DNA of 49,757 nt, the filler included, from Dimargaris cristalligena (Eukaryota), in the NCBI GenBank assembly GCA_003614675.1. It is 2 parts of 2 records of this genome, joined end to end, with 100 filler letters (N's around TTAATTAATTAA, not from the genome) between each part and the next. Parts side by side here need not be neighbours in the genome. Positions count along the whole stretch, not along the records: positions 24,934 to 49,757 come from ML002575.1; 1 more part is not named here. One strand, written 5' to 3'. The position numbers and the translations under genes were made by a program. Every line of letters starts with the position of its first letter. The first letter of the stretch is position 1. Below are positions 24,834 to 37,227 of this stretch, piece by piece. The notes beneath the pieces were generated by a model, which was not told where the DNA came from, made no database searches, and saw only the letters and a program-made list of their open reading frames with translations.

Positions 24834-24933
24834 NNNNNNNNNNNNNNNNNNNNNNNNNNNNNNNNNNNNNNNNNNNNTTAATTAATTAANNNNNNNNNNN
24901 NNNNNNNNNNNNNNNNNNNNNNNNNNNNNNNNN
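24834..24933. other. Artificial gap / contig-joining linker
   Basis: 44 N + TTAATTAATTAA (24878-24889, stops in all six frames) + 44 N, exactly 100 nt. Confidence 0.95.
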
Positions 24934-25273
24934 AGTCTATTATTTTCATATTGCTCTATTTCTTTTTAGTAAATAAATTTGTAAAAAACCACAATGTCTT
25001 TCTCACCGCAAAGCGCTTCTACAACCCCACCGTTGGCTCCACTACAATCTGCCAACAACGAGATCCCTGATAGTAGTTCGAACCTCCCGCCGATTTTCCC
25101 GGCTTTTTCCCCCCATGACGTAATCCCCGACCTAACCGGTCCACCGGGTCTCGGCGCTACACATATGGTATTAGTCGAGGCTTTTTCGTTTCATCTCATG
25201 AGCCAACAACAACTAATACTATACTCCACTATCTTGATTAAAATATTGCATGCTGATATATATTTGGATATAG

Positions 25274-27311
25274 ACTCAGACATTACGTTCGGGGGGCTTG
25301 GCGATAGTTTCTACGAGGTAGGTTGTTCTGTTTAGTTTCTCGGAAACTATAGTGGTGCTGAACAGTAGTTAGCCGTTACCATGTTGGAATACACGCCAGA
25401 CTCGCCCTACAAAATGGTCCTAACCCTATTGCCATCTATCTACCCCAATCTGAATGACCTGTCCCTGCCCCATAGTATTTGTTAAAACGGTTTATCATGA
25501 CAGGTCGCACCGAAACTATGCTAAAGGATATGTGTAAGTATATATCAACCATCGTTGATTTTGGCCGCTGATAATAATGTATGTTTATAATTATATAACC
25601 ATTTGAGACTGGCGGTGGGCAGCAGCTATATAATATGAAGGCGGTTTACGGCCAATTATTTAGTCCATCCAGTTAGCAACCATCCGAGTTTTAGCCATGG
25701 CACTACTTCCTTTTTATTTTTATCAACCCTGTTGTAGATATCGAGAGTATCTAGAGTATGCCGAAATACTTAATCAAGCCGGTTCTTTCTGATCCCGATA
25801 AGAGCTTCTTGGCCCACTTTGGTAGTGGCAACGTACTCTCAACCAAAATGGAACACCTGGTAAGTTTGAACAATCGTCGAAATATGTACAGGGCCGACCT
25901 ATGGTCCGTTTCTGGTATTTACAAATGCATTAAAGTGTATTATCTAGTGTCTTTCAATATGGTTTAGTCAAAGGTCCTTTGGACGGGCCCGCTACCAACC
26001 AGGACCACTCCCCCAATCATGGGCCAATTATTGAGTGAAGACAGTATCTGGCATAGCATATTTTCCCACACCAACTCAAACCCAAATACCTATATGTATG
26101 TATATATATTCCCTATTCCCCCATGTAGGCCTGCTTTGCCCCAGGAATGTTGGCGATAGGCTCCAAAGTCTTGGATCGTCCCCAGGGTATGGCGGTGGCC
26201 AAGTCCTTGTTAGAAGGCTGTATGTTTATGTACGCCGGTACCGCATCGGGACTAGTCCCCGAATCGGTTTACTTTGCGACTGAGGATAGCTACCGACAGT
26301 TAGAGCGAGTGCGGCCCGATTTGGCCCAACAAATCGATGAGAGGGGATTTTACATTGACAACTCAGTGAATATACTACGGCCAGGTGAGTCAATCATCCG
26401 TTTATGTTCCCTCGTAATGGTCCAACGTCTGATTCTGGTCTTGGTGCGCGCTTATTGTGCTGTAATGAATCCCTGCATCTGAAAAAACAAACAAAGCATG
26501 CACTTACTAATAGTATGAACCCTATGATTATAACCCCCGGTATGCTCTACCTCACCCTTTCTATATGCACGGCTGAATTGATTTAGAAATGGTGGAAAGC
26601 CTATTCGTATTTTATCGACTGACTGGCGATCGCAAGTACCAGGTAAGCTATTCCACGCCCTAAGACAGTTTACTAACCGATTTACCTTTATCGTCGGAAG
26701 GACCTCATTAATTGATATACATATATATATACGACCGGCAAAATAAGCAATGTGTTGTTGTATGATACTGTGACTCATTTTTTATAACCTCACCCTATAT
26801 TACTCGCCATATCACCGCTGAAATCCCCCGTTGGTAGGAACACGGCTGGAATATATTTAAAGTAAGTACCCCAGCTCCCTTTACCTAACCATATAAGGTG
26901 CTATCAATCACTCTTATACCACGACTAAGAGGAATTGGTTATTACTTAGCCGCCACATGGCTTATAGCGACTCCTTTGTATTGATAGGGTCAAACTTCTA
27001 ACATAGCTCCCATTTACAAATGACCCACTGACTATTGTGCTCTATCCGCTCAATTTTATATACACCCTCCCGAATAGGCCTTTGAAAAATATGCCAAGAC
27101 CCCGTATGCCTTCAGTGCTCTCCGTAATGTCGACGATGCCTCGCTCTCCATTGAGAGAAACTGGGCAGATTCCATGGAAAGTTTCTTCTTGGCCGAAACG
27201 ATGAAGTACCTGTATTTTCTCTTCGCCGACCCTAGCGTTATTTCTCTCGACGAATACGTGTTCAATACGGAAGCCCATCCTTTGAAGATTATGAATGACT
27301 CTGATGAATAG
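25274..27311 (+). pseudogene. GH47 class I alpha-1,2-mannosidase, 5'-incomplete, with an in-frame TAG at 25752-25754. Exons 25274-25317, 25476-25533, 25738-25859, 26129-26384, 26587-26642, 26838-26861, 27078-27311.
   Basis: The spliced product contains GGLGDSFYE|YLLK, MEHL|ACFAPGMLAIG, GLVPE, ILRP|EMVESLF..YRLTGD, GWNIF, DSMESFFLAETMKYLYFLF and VFNTEAHPL. All introns are GT-AG with consistent phases. The family call is firm; pseudogene status rests on one stop codon. Confidence 0.8.
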
Positions 27312-29786
27312 AGGCTTCCTCTTCTTTTGATATTGGAGGGTTGTACTTATACCTAGACTATGCGGATCTCCATACTAAACCCAATTTTTATATCCCTTGA
27401 ACTTGGGTATTTTAAGACCGGTTAAAGCTAGTTTTTTTTTACTCTTTATATATATATTTTCAATAAATTATCTTAAAACACCTGAAAGGCTGGTAAGGGT
27501 ACTATATAGCAGCCACGCACCCGTAGCTATTTTATGAAGTTGCTGATACTATAGATTCGGGCGGAGGGTGGTAGACGTACCACGCGGTTCCCCAGGTTAT
27601 CAAGACATAAAGAAGAGGTTCAGCCAGCCTGTATAACGAAACATCCGGTATATTAGCAAGTATTACTGGCTCCAACTGAATCACCCGCCTATATTCCCAC
27701 TCACATATCACTTAATGCCTTATACAACCGGGCCGAAGTTCACCCATTTCTTTTACCCAACGCAATCCACCCTACCACGAGCACCAAGCAATGTCACTTG
27801 ATATTCTCTCTCTTCAAACATTCCTTTAAGTTGCTTCAAGAAGACCTTACAATTGTCCATCGGTATATAATCCCAACCTTTAAAATACACAAGCGCTCTG
27901 ATGTATTGGACTATACTAGATTGGTTTTGTTTACAATATCTAGCTAGTTCCATTAGGTAATATCTGACACAGTTTTTTTATATGCATACCGACAATTTCA
28001 ACCATAAACACTCATGATATATATGTACTCTTAATTTAACGTTATTGTATTATAGGGAAATACTATAGCATTTCATATGTCTCACAATATGTGCTGCTAT
28101 TGCAAACTAAAACGTATTCAGTAATTTAGCCCCCCCGGGAGTTCCGACAACTGGTTGATACGCTCGATTAGAATCTGTGCCTAACATACCCGGCGGTATA
28201 TTGTAGAACTAAACCTGGCACCCGGGTGCCACAGTTACACATCTGCAGTTGATATATGTAGCATCTTATTACGATGCCTGGTTGAACTATACTATCAACG
28301 AAGGTTTATTTATCACCCCGACCTACATGAAAATCCAAATCTCACCAACACGAATGCGGCAGTCCCAGAAGGAAGTACACAGCAACAGCCATGCCATTGG
28401 GGTTTCAATAGTTCCCATAATCAGTTTAAGACGATACCAAGGTTAAACATGCCCTGGATAAGTTAGACATTCGCAGGCTCAGCCAAATATATTAATAATA
28501 GGCGACGTCCGACTTTATTATATGAGCAATTCATAGTTTCCTATGTAGCCTATGGCCCAGGCCAAAGGGCAGATTGAGAAGGCCAGGCAGATTCCTTTCC
28601 ACAGTCGAGGAGTAGATAGTTTGGGCTTTAGTATTTGACAGCAAAGCTACTTAGGACCGCTGTGTCGATAAACTAGGGGATCTTTGCTGACCGAATACAG
28701 GCGGACGATTCAGAGGGGTCTATGTAATGCTTAACACTGTTGTTAGTGTCTTTATCAACGACTAGCGCGTGAGCACCTAGAGCCAGGAGGATGTCGCATT
28801 CGGAAAAATGATTCTTTTGATGGCGGATTGATGAGCTAGATGGGAATACGGTGGTGGCCATACGTTGGTACAGCATTGGAAGTAACCGCCAATCCTCTTA
28901 CAAACATGCATAAGCTTTGATATGGAACTTCGTAAGTCTTTTGGAGACGTACTCGAACTCCAGCTGACGGGATATCAAACGGCGAAGGACTTCTTATGTA
29001 TCCGACATTGCTAGGGGGTTCGCTATTTTTCTCACCGCTGGACCTTTCGCCCACCGAAACTGGGTCCAAATGTTATTACCCACCCTGTCCTCACATATTG
29101 AAATGTGGCAATTGTCAACGAGTATGACACTGTTCTTGATGGGAGGAGAAACGCCGCGGATTCCTAGTCGAGTAGTTGTCTAAATAACACTTGGACGTCG
29201 GTAGGGAAGTAGATGATACTGGGAATCAGGTCATTGGCGATCGTAAGCCACCTTTTGATCTGACAAGCATACGGCCAAGTTGGTTGCTGATTGCAAAGAT
29301 AATGTTGATCCGCCACCAAAAAGTATGACTTCGAGTTTGGCTGGGAACTACTAAATAGCCGACGGGTAGGACTAGGTAGTCAAGCTACAGGCCAGGCTTT
29401 GTAATGACCAGTTGGACGGCATATTCTTCGTCACTTTCCCAGTCGATGGCCGGGCCTACTCGATCCAGGCGATGCGAAGTGCGATGTAGCCTGGGGGCTA
29501 CTATACTCCTGCAATTGACATTGCTGAGAATAAAAAGGCAGCATTCGGCTCTCCAGCTAGACCCATCAACAACACTGCATACTCATATATTTCCCACACC
29601 CACTATTTCTCAGTGACACATCCCCCTTACACCAAATAGTCGCCGCACACTCCAACGCCGGCAGTATCCACCACCGTTCGACCATTCCGCCGCCCGATCG
29701 CAGCGGACTCTAATCCTTCCGGCCCCAAAACCCGGCAGCTCATAGCGCACATTTCGAGACATGGTATATTTGATCAATTCCACACA

Positions 29787-30640
29787 ATGAATCCCAACAC
29801 ACCCCGTCAACCTACCGGCTACTCTATCCCCGACTATCAACCAAGCGAGCTTCAGTGTACTTTTGTGGCCCGGCTGGACCAGTATGCCCGCAATAAGGAT
29901 ATCCTGTCATTTTTTTCAGTCTGCCATGCCCAAACCCAAGTCTATCGTCCCCTTTGCTTTCAACGTATTTGCATGGCGACTAGCTCCTTCGATGCCCAAG
30001 AAATGCATCGTGTTCTTTTCAAGTACTGGGACAACATCCGCCAAGTCACCCTCGTTTTGGATAGCGAAGCGCCAGCTGACCCCATTTTCTTTGCATTCCT
30101 TGGTATTTCCATTGACACATTGTTATTCTTAAAAAAACTAATAATTGAGGTGCGCCATCCCGCCCTCCTGGATAGGCTTGTGCATATTTTGGGGCTGTTC
30201 ATTCAGCTAGTTGAGAACATCCAACTAGTGAGCCCCCGGGCATGGATTTCTATACCAATCCAGGACCCATTTTGGTTCCTGCGAGCTTGCCTCATGGAAT
30301 TGTAAATGGGAACAGAACCCTGGATTTGGGGGGGAACGTCCACTGGTATGCACCTAACTGGCCGGATGTATTCAATAGCCATTGTAGTCTACGATGCTTA
30401 CTCCTCCAGGACACGGCAATTTGGCATCTGGAGGATGTAGTTAGGACGGCTTGGCAGTACAATGGCTTTGAAATGGTGGTGCTTTGGCGCCTTATTGCTA
30501 ATGTCCCAGCTTCCCTACCAGTGCCTCAGGTGGTACCATTTAGCATGAGCCAACAAATGGTTGGGTTAATTACAAGCCTGGTTTTTCACAAGGTGGCTCT
30601 TGGCAGCACCCTTTTGAAAAAAGTGATTACCCTTGTTGAG
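29787..30640 (+). pseudogene. Degenerate F-box-like / LRR-like gene, frameshifted and cut by a solo LTR
   Basis: The N-terminus QPSELQCTFVARLDQYARNKDILSFFSVC...RPLCFQRI resembles an F-box pattern. Coding potential moves between overlapping ORFs 29787-30305 and 30242-30655, and the second ORF runs into the LTR at 30641. Confidence 0.45.
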
Positions 30641-31224
30641 TATCAGCCCTCCTAATCTGACTTAATCCAGACCTAATGATTACCCATCCTTATTAGGCCT
30701 TATAGTGCCATATTAACCCTCCCCTAGTCACCCCTAGTACTATGGGGTAATCATTTATTATATAACCCCACTTATTCTAACCCCAATACTTCACACCCCA
30801 AATACTCAACTTGTATATCCAAGACTCTTCCAGTTCCTATGAGAGTCTTCCCAATGCAAAGTCATCTGGTTGGACTCTTTTACCTATCCATACCCTAGTC
30901 TTAGTAGTATTTCCCTTAGGACCTCCCTCTAGAGCCATTCCTGCATATATATAACCAGGCCCCACTGGGACTAGTTCAATTCCTTAGCTTATTCCTATCC
31001 CCTAGTTTACCTTAATAAACTCTATATACACTCACTCCCCCATCTAACTAGTAAGTGTACTACTACACATCCCTTGCATTTGTCTGAACCTATCCTTTAT
31101 TAGTTAATACCCTGCCCCCAATCCTAATGCTAGTAGCCTGCTTGGCTGAGCCTAAGCCCCACCTACTGTTAGAAGCCTATCCCCAGGACTCTTAATGGAC
31201 TAAGAGTGGTAAACTCAGGTAACA
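30641..31224 (+). mobile_element. Degenerate solo LTR, copy A, 584 bp
   Basis: Aligns with the reverse complement of 31538-32119 at both ends and in the internal blocks compared. Termini TATCAG...TAACA correspond to TGTCGG...TGACA in copy B. TATA-like run at about 30945 and AATAAA at 31014. No clean target-site duplication. Confidence 0.75.
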
Positions 31225-31537
31225 TAGGTCCAAGGGAATTGGTTAGAAGAATGTATAGTAATAAAGTGACCATATATTGCATCTCACCAGTACTTCTTAT
31301 GTTATATGTAGTAGTTGAACAAATATAATAGTGGTTTAAAGTGGCTTCAAGTGGTGGTAATGATATGGTTAATTGTCTAGTAGTTTGTTTTACTTCTTAT
31401 ATTATTTGTTATAAGGTGACTGGCCCTCCCATAACCATTTTTCAATGGGGTGCATCAGTATGAGTAGCCCAGGGAGGTTGGGGTGGTTAGTTAGTGGGCC
31501 TTACTATGATTATCTATTCAATGCACTGCTACCCTTC

Positions 31538-32119
31538 TGTCATCTGGATTATCCACTCTTTATCTATCAAGAGTCCCAGGAGTAGGCTTATAATAGTCAG
31601 AGGGGGCTTAAACTTTGGCCAAGTGGGCCCTAGTATTAGGTGAGGGCATGATGCTAACTAATAAAGGATAAGCATAGGTATATGCAAGGGACATGTAGCA
31701 GTACACTTACTAGTTAGACTGAAGGGAGTGAGTGCATATAGAGTTTATTAGGGGTAAACTACAGGGGTAAGAATAAAGCTAAGGCTTGAACCAGTCCCAA
31801 GGGGGGCCCAGTTATATATATATGGGGACAACTCCAGAGGGAGGTCCCAAGGGAAATGCTACTAAGACTAAGGTATACTAAATAAGTTGACTGGATGGTC
31901 GTGAGGGTCTGGAAGACTTGGGTGGTAACTGGAAGAGTTGTCAGATCAGTGCCAGAGTGAGTGGTGTGAACTTAAGAGTCTGGAAGGGGGACAGTTATAT
32001 TGAATAGGGTGATCCCATAGTCACCCCTGGTACTATGGGAAGTTACATATGGTGCTATATGGCCTAGTTGGGACAGATAATCACCACACCTGGATTAAGT
32101 TAGATTAGAAGGGCCGACA
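31538..32119 (-). mobile_element. Solo LTR, copy B, 582 bp, with 5-bp target-site duplication CCTTC
   Basis: Starts TGTC and ends GACA (TG...CA with a short terminal inverted repeat). Flanked by CCTTC at 31533-31537 and 32120-32124. Homologous to copy A in the opposite orientation. Confidence 0.85.
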
Positions 32120-34124
32120 CCTTCATTTAATGGCTTGGTTAGTGTACATGGTACAATGAGTCTTTATTGAGGTGAGTGCCCCATTGGCATCTTCCTTTGC
32201 CTTTATTCAGTATTATTATGGAATGGTCTATCTAATATATAGTATGGCCCAGACTTCTATTTTGGCCTTATTGAAAAATAAATACATTGTTCTATCCCTG
32301 ACTGTTTATTTCTAATAGCAGATTCCATTGCCCTAGGTGGACGGGCCAGATTGTCCAATGTCATTCTAAAAGAGGCCAGTTTCTAGAACTCGCCAGCCAA
32401 TTGACACCCTGTTTTAATAATCGTGACACTGACCCACCACTGATTTTACATGACTTCAGTGAAGTCATTTACATTGTCGTCAATTAGTAATAAGACCCTT
32501 TGTTAATATTTCCAAGCATGTTCTTAGTGACCAGCTAAGTCATTGCCGCTATTTTATTATAAATATGGGACAGGCTTAATCAGACTGTATAGCAAATAGT
32601 CCACCAAATGAGGTAAACATTACTAGTTGTAAGTGAATCACCCACTTACATTCCCATGCACATATTATTTAAAATCCTATACAGCTGAGCCAAATCTCAT
32701 CCATATTTATTACAGTTCCACTGTCATCTCCGCATTTAGTATATGCTTCTACTTTAAGCACTTCTGCTCGTCTGTTAGCCTGGATTGCGAGCTATTATTG
32801 ATTCAGGCAATATCCCTACAACTAGACTATTATCCTGGGTACATCGGAAGTATTGTAATTCTCTAGCGTTGTTACTGAATGGCAAAATAAATCCTCACTG
32901 CTTATACTGTAGACACAATTTTGATAAGTTACCTCATCTCGTTCTAATACCGATATCATAATATCATGTATTTATCCTTCTATGGACAACATGTCCCTGT
33001 ATATGGGAGAGGTTCAACCAGGATGTATAACAAAAGATCCATTAGGTGAGGCAATAATTACCAGTTAAAGGTGGCTACTTCATTGCCAATCTAGCCAATG
33101 CAGAACATTGTTCACATTGCAAGGCTAGTGCAATGAGGATGTATTGTAGTGTTCACTTAGAGCCAGGCAGTCCCACCTATTTATATCTTGGTTGGACGAT
33201 GGGTAAGAATTGGGGTTTGAACATACCGGCAATCAGCCAGACGAGAAGCTCCTTTTGGGGAGTAGAAGGGCCATAGATACAAGTGTTACTGCTAAACATA
33301 ACGACCGGAGACAGGGCCTGTCTATTAGGGTAGAATACTCAGGTCAGCTTAGGCTTTAATACCATAGCTTCGTCTATAGAATTCTTTACTGGGAGACTAG
33401 CATTGGACGTGAGCAAAGCAAGCCAGGGTTTAATGAGACGTCCAATTCTCCAAGATAGAAGGTTCGCAGTCCTTGTTCAACTTCGCTATAGATAAAGGAA
33501 TTTAAGTGGGCTACAATACAGCCTAATGGATTTAGAAATAAAGTAACGCGTTATAGATGCCGTAATAATCTGAAGTCGGACCGACGCACCCAAAAGGCCC
33601 GGTCAGCAATACACCGCCAATGCTGTTTAAATATACACCATCTGCTAGGTTGGTTGGAATACGCTCCTACTTTAAAAACATTGGTTTTAGATACCCGGCG
33701 TGGTGTTGGATTAGGGGGATACATAACTAACATAGTAGAGGCTCAGTGCCGTGAGGTTGGAGACGAGGCTGATTGTGAGCTAGGCAATAGATATTAGGGA
33801 AAGCCGCTGAGAGTGAAGAGGTGGTATATAGTCCACGGGTCCAAGGCAATGAAGTGTCTTTGCGTTTTTTTTTTTTAAAAAAAGATTTACTATTGCCATT
33901 CATTTCTCCGTTCAACTAACTCTTGTACTTTTCCACGTCCCCTCACTATTTTTCGCGTTTCGCTTATCGCATTGACCAGTGAGCCGTGTTATTACTATTG
34001 CCTTCCTGCCCATGTCCAGTTTCTCGTAATTCCCATCTCCCACCTCACTGCATTCACCCCTAGTTGCCTTCCGCACCCCTCTCTATTCCATTGTACCGAT
34101 TTTACACATCCTCTCTCCCCAACC

Positions 34125-36155
34125 ATGGCCGATTCCAGTCGCCGGGCCCCGCAAATCAAAAATAAGAATGCGGCAGCTATCCAAATCAGCGCGGAACAGT
34201 TACTCCGGGAGGCCAATGAGACTCAGGAGGCCCCGGCCAAGGCCCCCGAACAGACCATTACCGATGCGGACGAACTGGCCGAATACCGGTTGCGCAAACG
34301 CAAGGATTTCGAGGACCAACTGCGGCGTAATCGGCTCAACATAGGAACGTGGATGCGGTACGCCGCCTGGGAGGATGGCCAGGGTGAATTAGCCCGGGCC
34401 CGGTCCATCTACGAGCGCGCCCTGGACGTGGAGCCCCAGAATGTGACGCTCTACCTCAAGTACACCGAAATGGAAATGAAGCACCGCAATGTGAACCTGG
34501 CCCGCAATCTGTTCGACCGCGTGGTGACGCTACTGCCCCGGGTGGACCAGTTCTGGTACAAGTACGCTTATATGGAAGAAATGCTGGGTAATATCGCCGG
34601 TACACGGGCCATTTTCGAACGTTGGATGAAATGGGAACCGGACGAGAGTGCGTGGTCGGCCTACATTAAATTCGAAATCCGGTACGAAGAAATGGGGCGG
34701 GCCCGGGCCCTCTACGAGCGATTCGTCCATATCCACCCAGCCGCCAAAAACTGGCTTAAGTGGGTTCAGTTCGAGGAAGAAAACGGGAACCTGGATAAAG
34801 TTCGCGGAATTTTTACCACCGCCATCGGAGCCCTTGGTGACGACTTTATGGACCAGAAACTGTACGTGGCCTTCGCCAAGTTTGAGATCCGGGCTAAGGA
34901 GTACGAGCGGGCGCGGGTCATTTTTAAGTACGCCCTCGAGCGACTTCCGCGGGCCAAGTCCCAGTCCCTCTACAACCAATACACCCAGTTTGAAAAACAG
35001 TACGGCGAGCACGACGGGGTCGAGGAAGTCATTCTGGCCAAACGACGCCTCCAGTACCAGGAAGAGGTGGCCAAGAATCCGCACAACTACGACGCCTGGT
35101 TCGATTATACCCGGTTAGAGGAGAACGCGGGTCGCCCCGAACTGATTCGGGATACCTACGAGCGGGCCATTGCGGAATTCCCCCCCGTCAACGAAAAGCG
35201 GCTCTGGCGGCGGTACATTTACCTCTGGCTGCATTACGCTCTGTGGGAAGAGCTCGAAACCCAAGATTACGAGCGGGCCCGCCAGATTTACGCCGAGTGT
35301 CTAGACCTTATCCCCCACCGCCAGTTCACCTTTGGTAAAGTGTGGCTACAGTACGCCTACTTCGAAGTCCGGCGGCTTAATTTGACGGCGGCCCGCCGCG
35401 CCCTGGGGCGGGCCATCGGAATGTGCCCCAAGGACAAACTGTTCAAGGGCTACATCGAGCTGGAACTGCACCTCCGCGAATTCGACCGGGTACGGACCCT
35501 CTACGGCAAATATCTCGAATTCAACCCAGCCAACTGCAGCACCTGGATCGAATACGCGAAACTGGAGCGCATGTTGGGGGAAACCGAACGGTGTCGGGCC
35601 CTCCTGGACATCGCCGTTAGCCAGCCCGTGTTGGACATGCCCGAGGTACTCTGGAAGGCCTACATCGATTTCGAATTCGAGCACGCCGACAGTACAACGG
35701 ACCGTGTGCGCAACCTCTACGAACGCCTGTTGGACCGGACCGACCACATTAAGGTATGGCTCAGTTTCGCGCAGACGGAGGCGGCCCTACCCAGTCTCCC
35801 CGCTTCCACCTCCACTCCCGCTCCTTCCCCGGTGGAACGGGCCCGTGCCGTGTATGAGCGGGCTTACGAACACCTGTGCCAGCGGCAGCTGAAACCGGAG
35901 CGGGTGGTGTTGTTGGAAGCGTGGCGCGACTTTGAGGAGGAACGGGGGTCGGAAGAATCGGCCCGCCGGATCCGCGCCCGGATGCCCAAAATCGTTAAGC
36001 GTCGCCGGCAGGTGGGAGACGACAGCAATGCCTGTGAAGAGTACTTTGATTATTTGTTCCCCGATGATCAGACGAAAAAACCGAACCTTAAACTGCTGGC
36101 GATGGCCCAACAATGGAAGTCGAAGATACAGCAAGCCTCAAAAGAGGACGCTTAG
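34125..36155 (+). CDS. CLF1: Pre-mRNA splicing factor CLF1/SYF3 (crooked neck, HAT repeats), intronless
   Basis: From ATG 34125: [83 protein letters not shown]. Confidence 0.96.
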   Translation: MADSSRRAPQIKNKNAAAIQISAEQLLREANETQEAPAKAPEQTITDADELAEYRLRKRKDFEDQLRRNRLNIGTWMRYAAWEDGQGELARARSIYERALDVEPQNVTLYLKYTEMEMKHRNVNLARNLFDRVVTLLPRVDQFWYKYAYMEEMLGNIAGTRAIFERWMKWEPDESAWSAYIKFEIRYEEMGRARALYERFVHIHPAAKNWLKWVQFEEENGNLDKVRGIFTTAIGALGDDFMDQKLYVAFAKFEIRAKEYERARVIFKYALERLPRAKSQSLYNQYTQFEKQYGEHDGVEEVILAKRRLQYQEEVAKNPHNYDAWFDYTRLEENAGRPELIRDTYERAIAEFPPVNEKRLWRRYIYLWLHYALWEELETQDYERARQIYAECLDLIPHRQFTFGKVWLQYAYFEVRRLNLTAARRALGRAIGMCPKDKLFKGYIELELHLREFDRVRTLYGKYLEFNPANCSTWIEYAKLERMLGETERCRALLDIAVSQPVLDMPEVLWKAYIDFEFEHADSTTDRVRNLYERLLDRTDHIKVWLSFAQTEAALPSLPASTSTPAPSPVERARAVYERAYEHLCQRQLKPERVVLLEAWRDFEEERGSEESARRIRARMPKIVKRRRQVGDDSNACEEYFDYLFPDDQTKKPNLKLLAMAQQWKSKIQQASKEDA

Positions 36156-36736
36156 TGATGGTCGTTGGCCTTGGTTGGTAAGAGACTCGGTGGATAAATC
36201 GCTTACACTGCTGTTGTGTTTCCTGGTCGATGATATCTTCTTATTGGGATACCTACTCTTATATTCCCCAGCTATGGAAATCCCTCTTTTTTCGTGCGCC
36301 TTGTTGCAGATAGATTTAGGATATCCGTTGAATCTATAATAAATGTATTGTTCTTGATTTATTTTCGAATATGGGCATTCGAGGTGTTTCGTGAGCCTGG
36401 TAATGGAATAGTTCAATTTCATTACGACACTCTTTTTATCTATACTATTGCTATATAGTTAATTAGATTTGGGTGTAGTTGACCTGGGTTGGCAGTCTTA
36501 TGTTTATAGTCTACTACCCACAGTATTGTGCAACCGAGTCGATTGAACTTAGCCAGTGCAATTATACAAGCAGTTCATATATTGCAATGAGTTACCAGGG
36601 CCAAGGTGGGTTCGCTGAGATATTCTTGGACCCGCAGGGCACTCTTTGTCGTTGTTGTTCCAAATCTCTTTTCTCAATCGTTCCCTTTTTAGTTTTCTTC
36701 TACGCTTAGCTGCCTCCTCCCATTCGAGCCTCGCCC

Positions 36737-37227
36737 ATGAAAGTCAAAATCAATCAATGGGCCGGAGTGGCCGTTTGGAAATGGTGCGTTGAGGATGAAG
36801 AAGTGTGCGGCATTTGCCGGGGTGCCTTCGATGGCTGCTGCCCCGATTGTAAACTACCTGGTGACGATTGCCCACTCATCTGGGGCGAATGCAAGCATTG
36901 TTTCCACATGCACTGCCTTCTCAAATGGATCAGCACTGAAGCGAGCCAGCAACTATGTCCTATGGACCGGCGCCCCTGGGGTAAGTATAAGGACATCCTT
37001 TTCGGAATTTCGCGCGAGCTGGAGTGTACATGGGTGGGGGTTTGTTCGGTTTGGGTAGGTGCCGTTGAGGCTGTGAAGGTGCCTTTCACCGGTCTGGGAC
37101 GACTTCACAAATATTAGGCCGATTAAAATATAAGAGTTACTTAAATAACGGCTCTGTATCTCATTCTGACGATTTGTATTTACACCGTATCCGTCCCGAC
37201 CTTGCGATTTTAGTCACAGCGGCCTAA
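36737..37227 (+). CDS. APC11: Anaphase-promoting complex RING-H2 subunit 11. Exons 36737-36980 and 37214-37227.
   Basis: CGICRGAFDGCCPDCKLPGDDCPLIWGECKHCFHMHCLLKW...CPMDRRPW. A GTAAGT donor at 36981 and TTTTAG acceptor at 37213 give the ending WVTAA*. Confidence 0.95.

Noticed and set aside
24878..24889. TTAATTAATTAA palindrome as a biological site
   Set aside because: It is centred in symmetric N runs, as expected for a synthetic six-frame stop linker.
24994..25335. 113-aa ORF as the true N-terminus of the GH47 gene
   Set aside because: Only its last codons (DITFGGLGDSFYE) are GH47-like. The rest is low-complexity or intron-like, and about half of the catalytic domain is missing.
25752..25754. 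Genome-wide TAG reassignment or selenocysteine-type recoding
   Set aside because: KHA1, CLF1, TFB1 and the GH47 gene itself end in TAG at the expected positions, and no intact gene has an in-frame TGA.
27500..29400. Short ORFs (27753-27953, 28836-29069) as remnants of a gene or transposon
   Set aside because: They have multiple stops and no recognisable motif, so I cannot support a call without a homology search.
30641..32119. A single full-length LTR retrotransposon or a TIR DNA transposon
   Set aside because: The arms are inverted rather than direct, the spacer has no gag/pol or transposase ORF, and the target-site duplication flanks only copy B.
33972..34124. 51-aa N-terminal extension of CLF1 in the ORF track
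   Set aside because: It starts at TTG in a pyrimidine-rich leader, and family similarity begins after ATG 34125.
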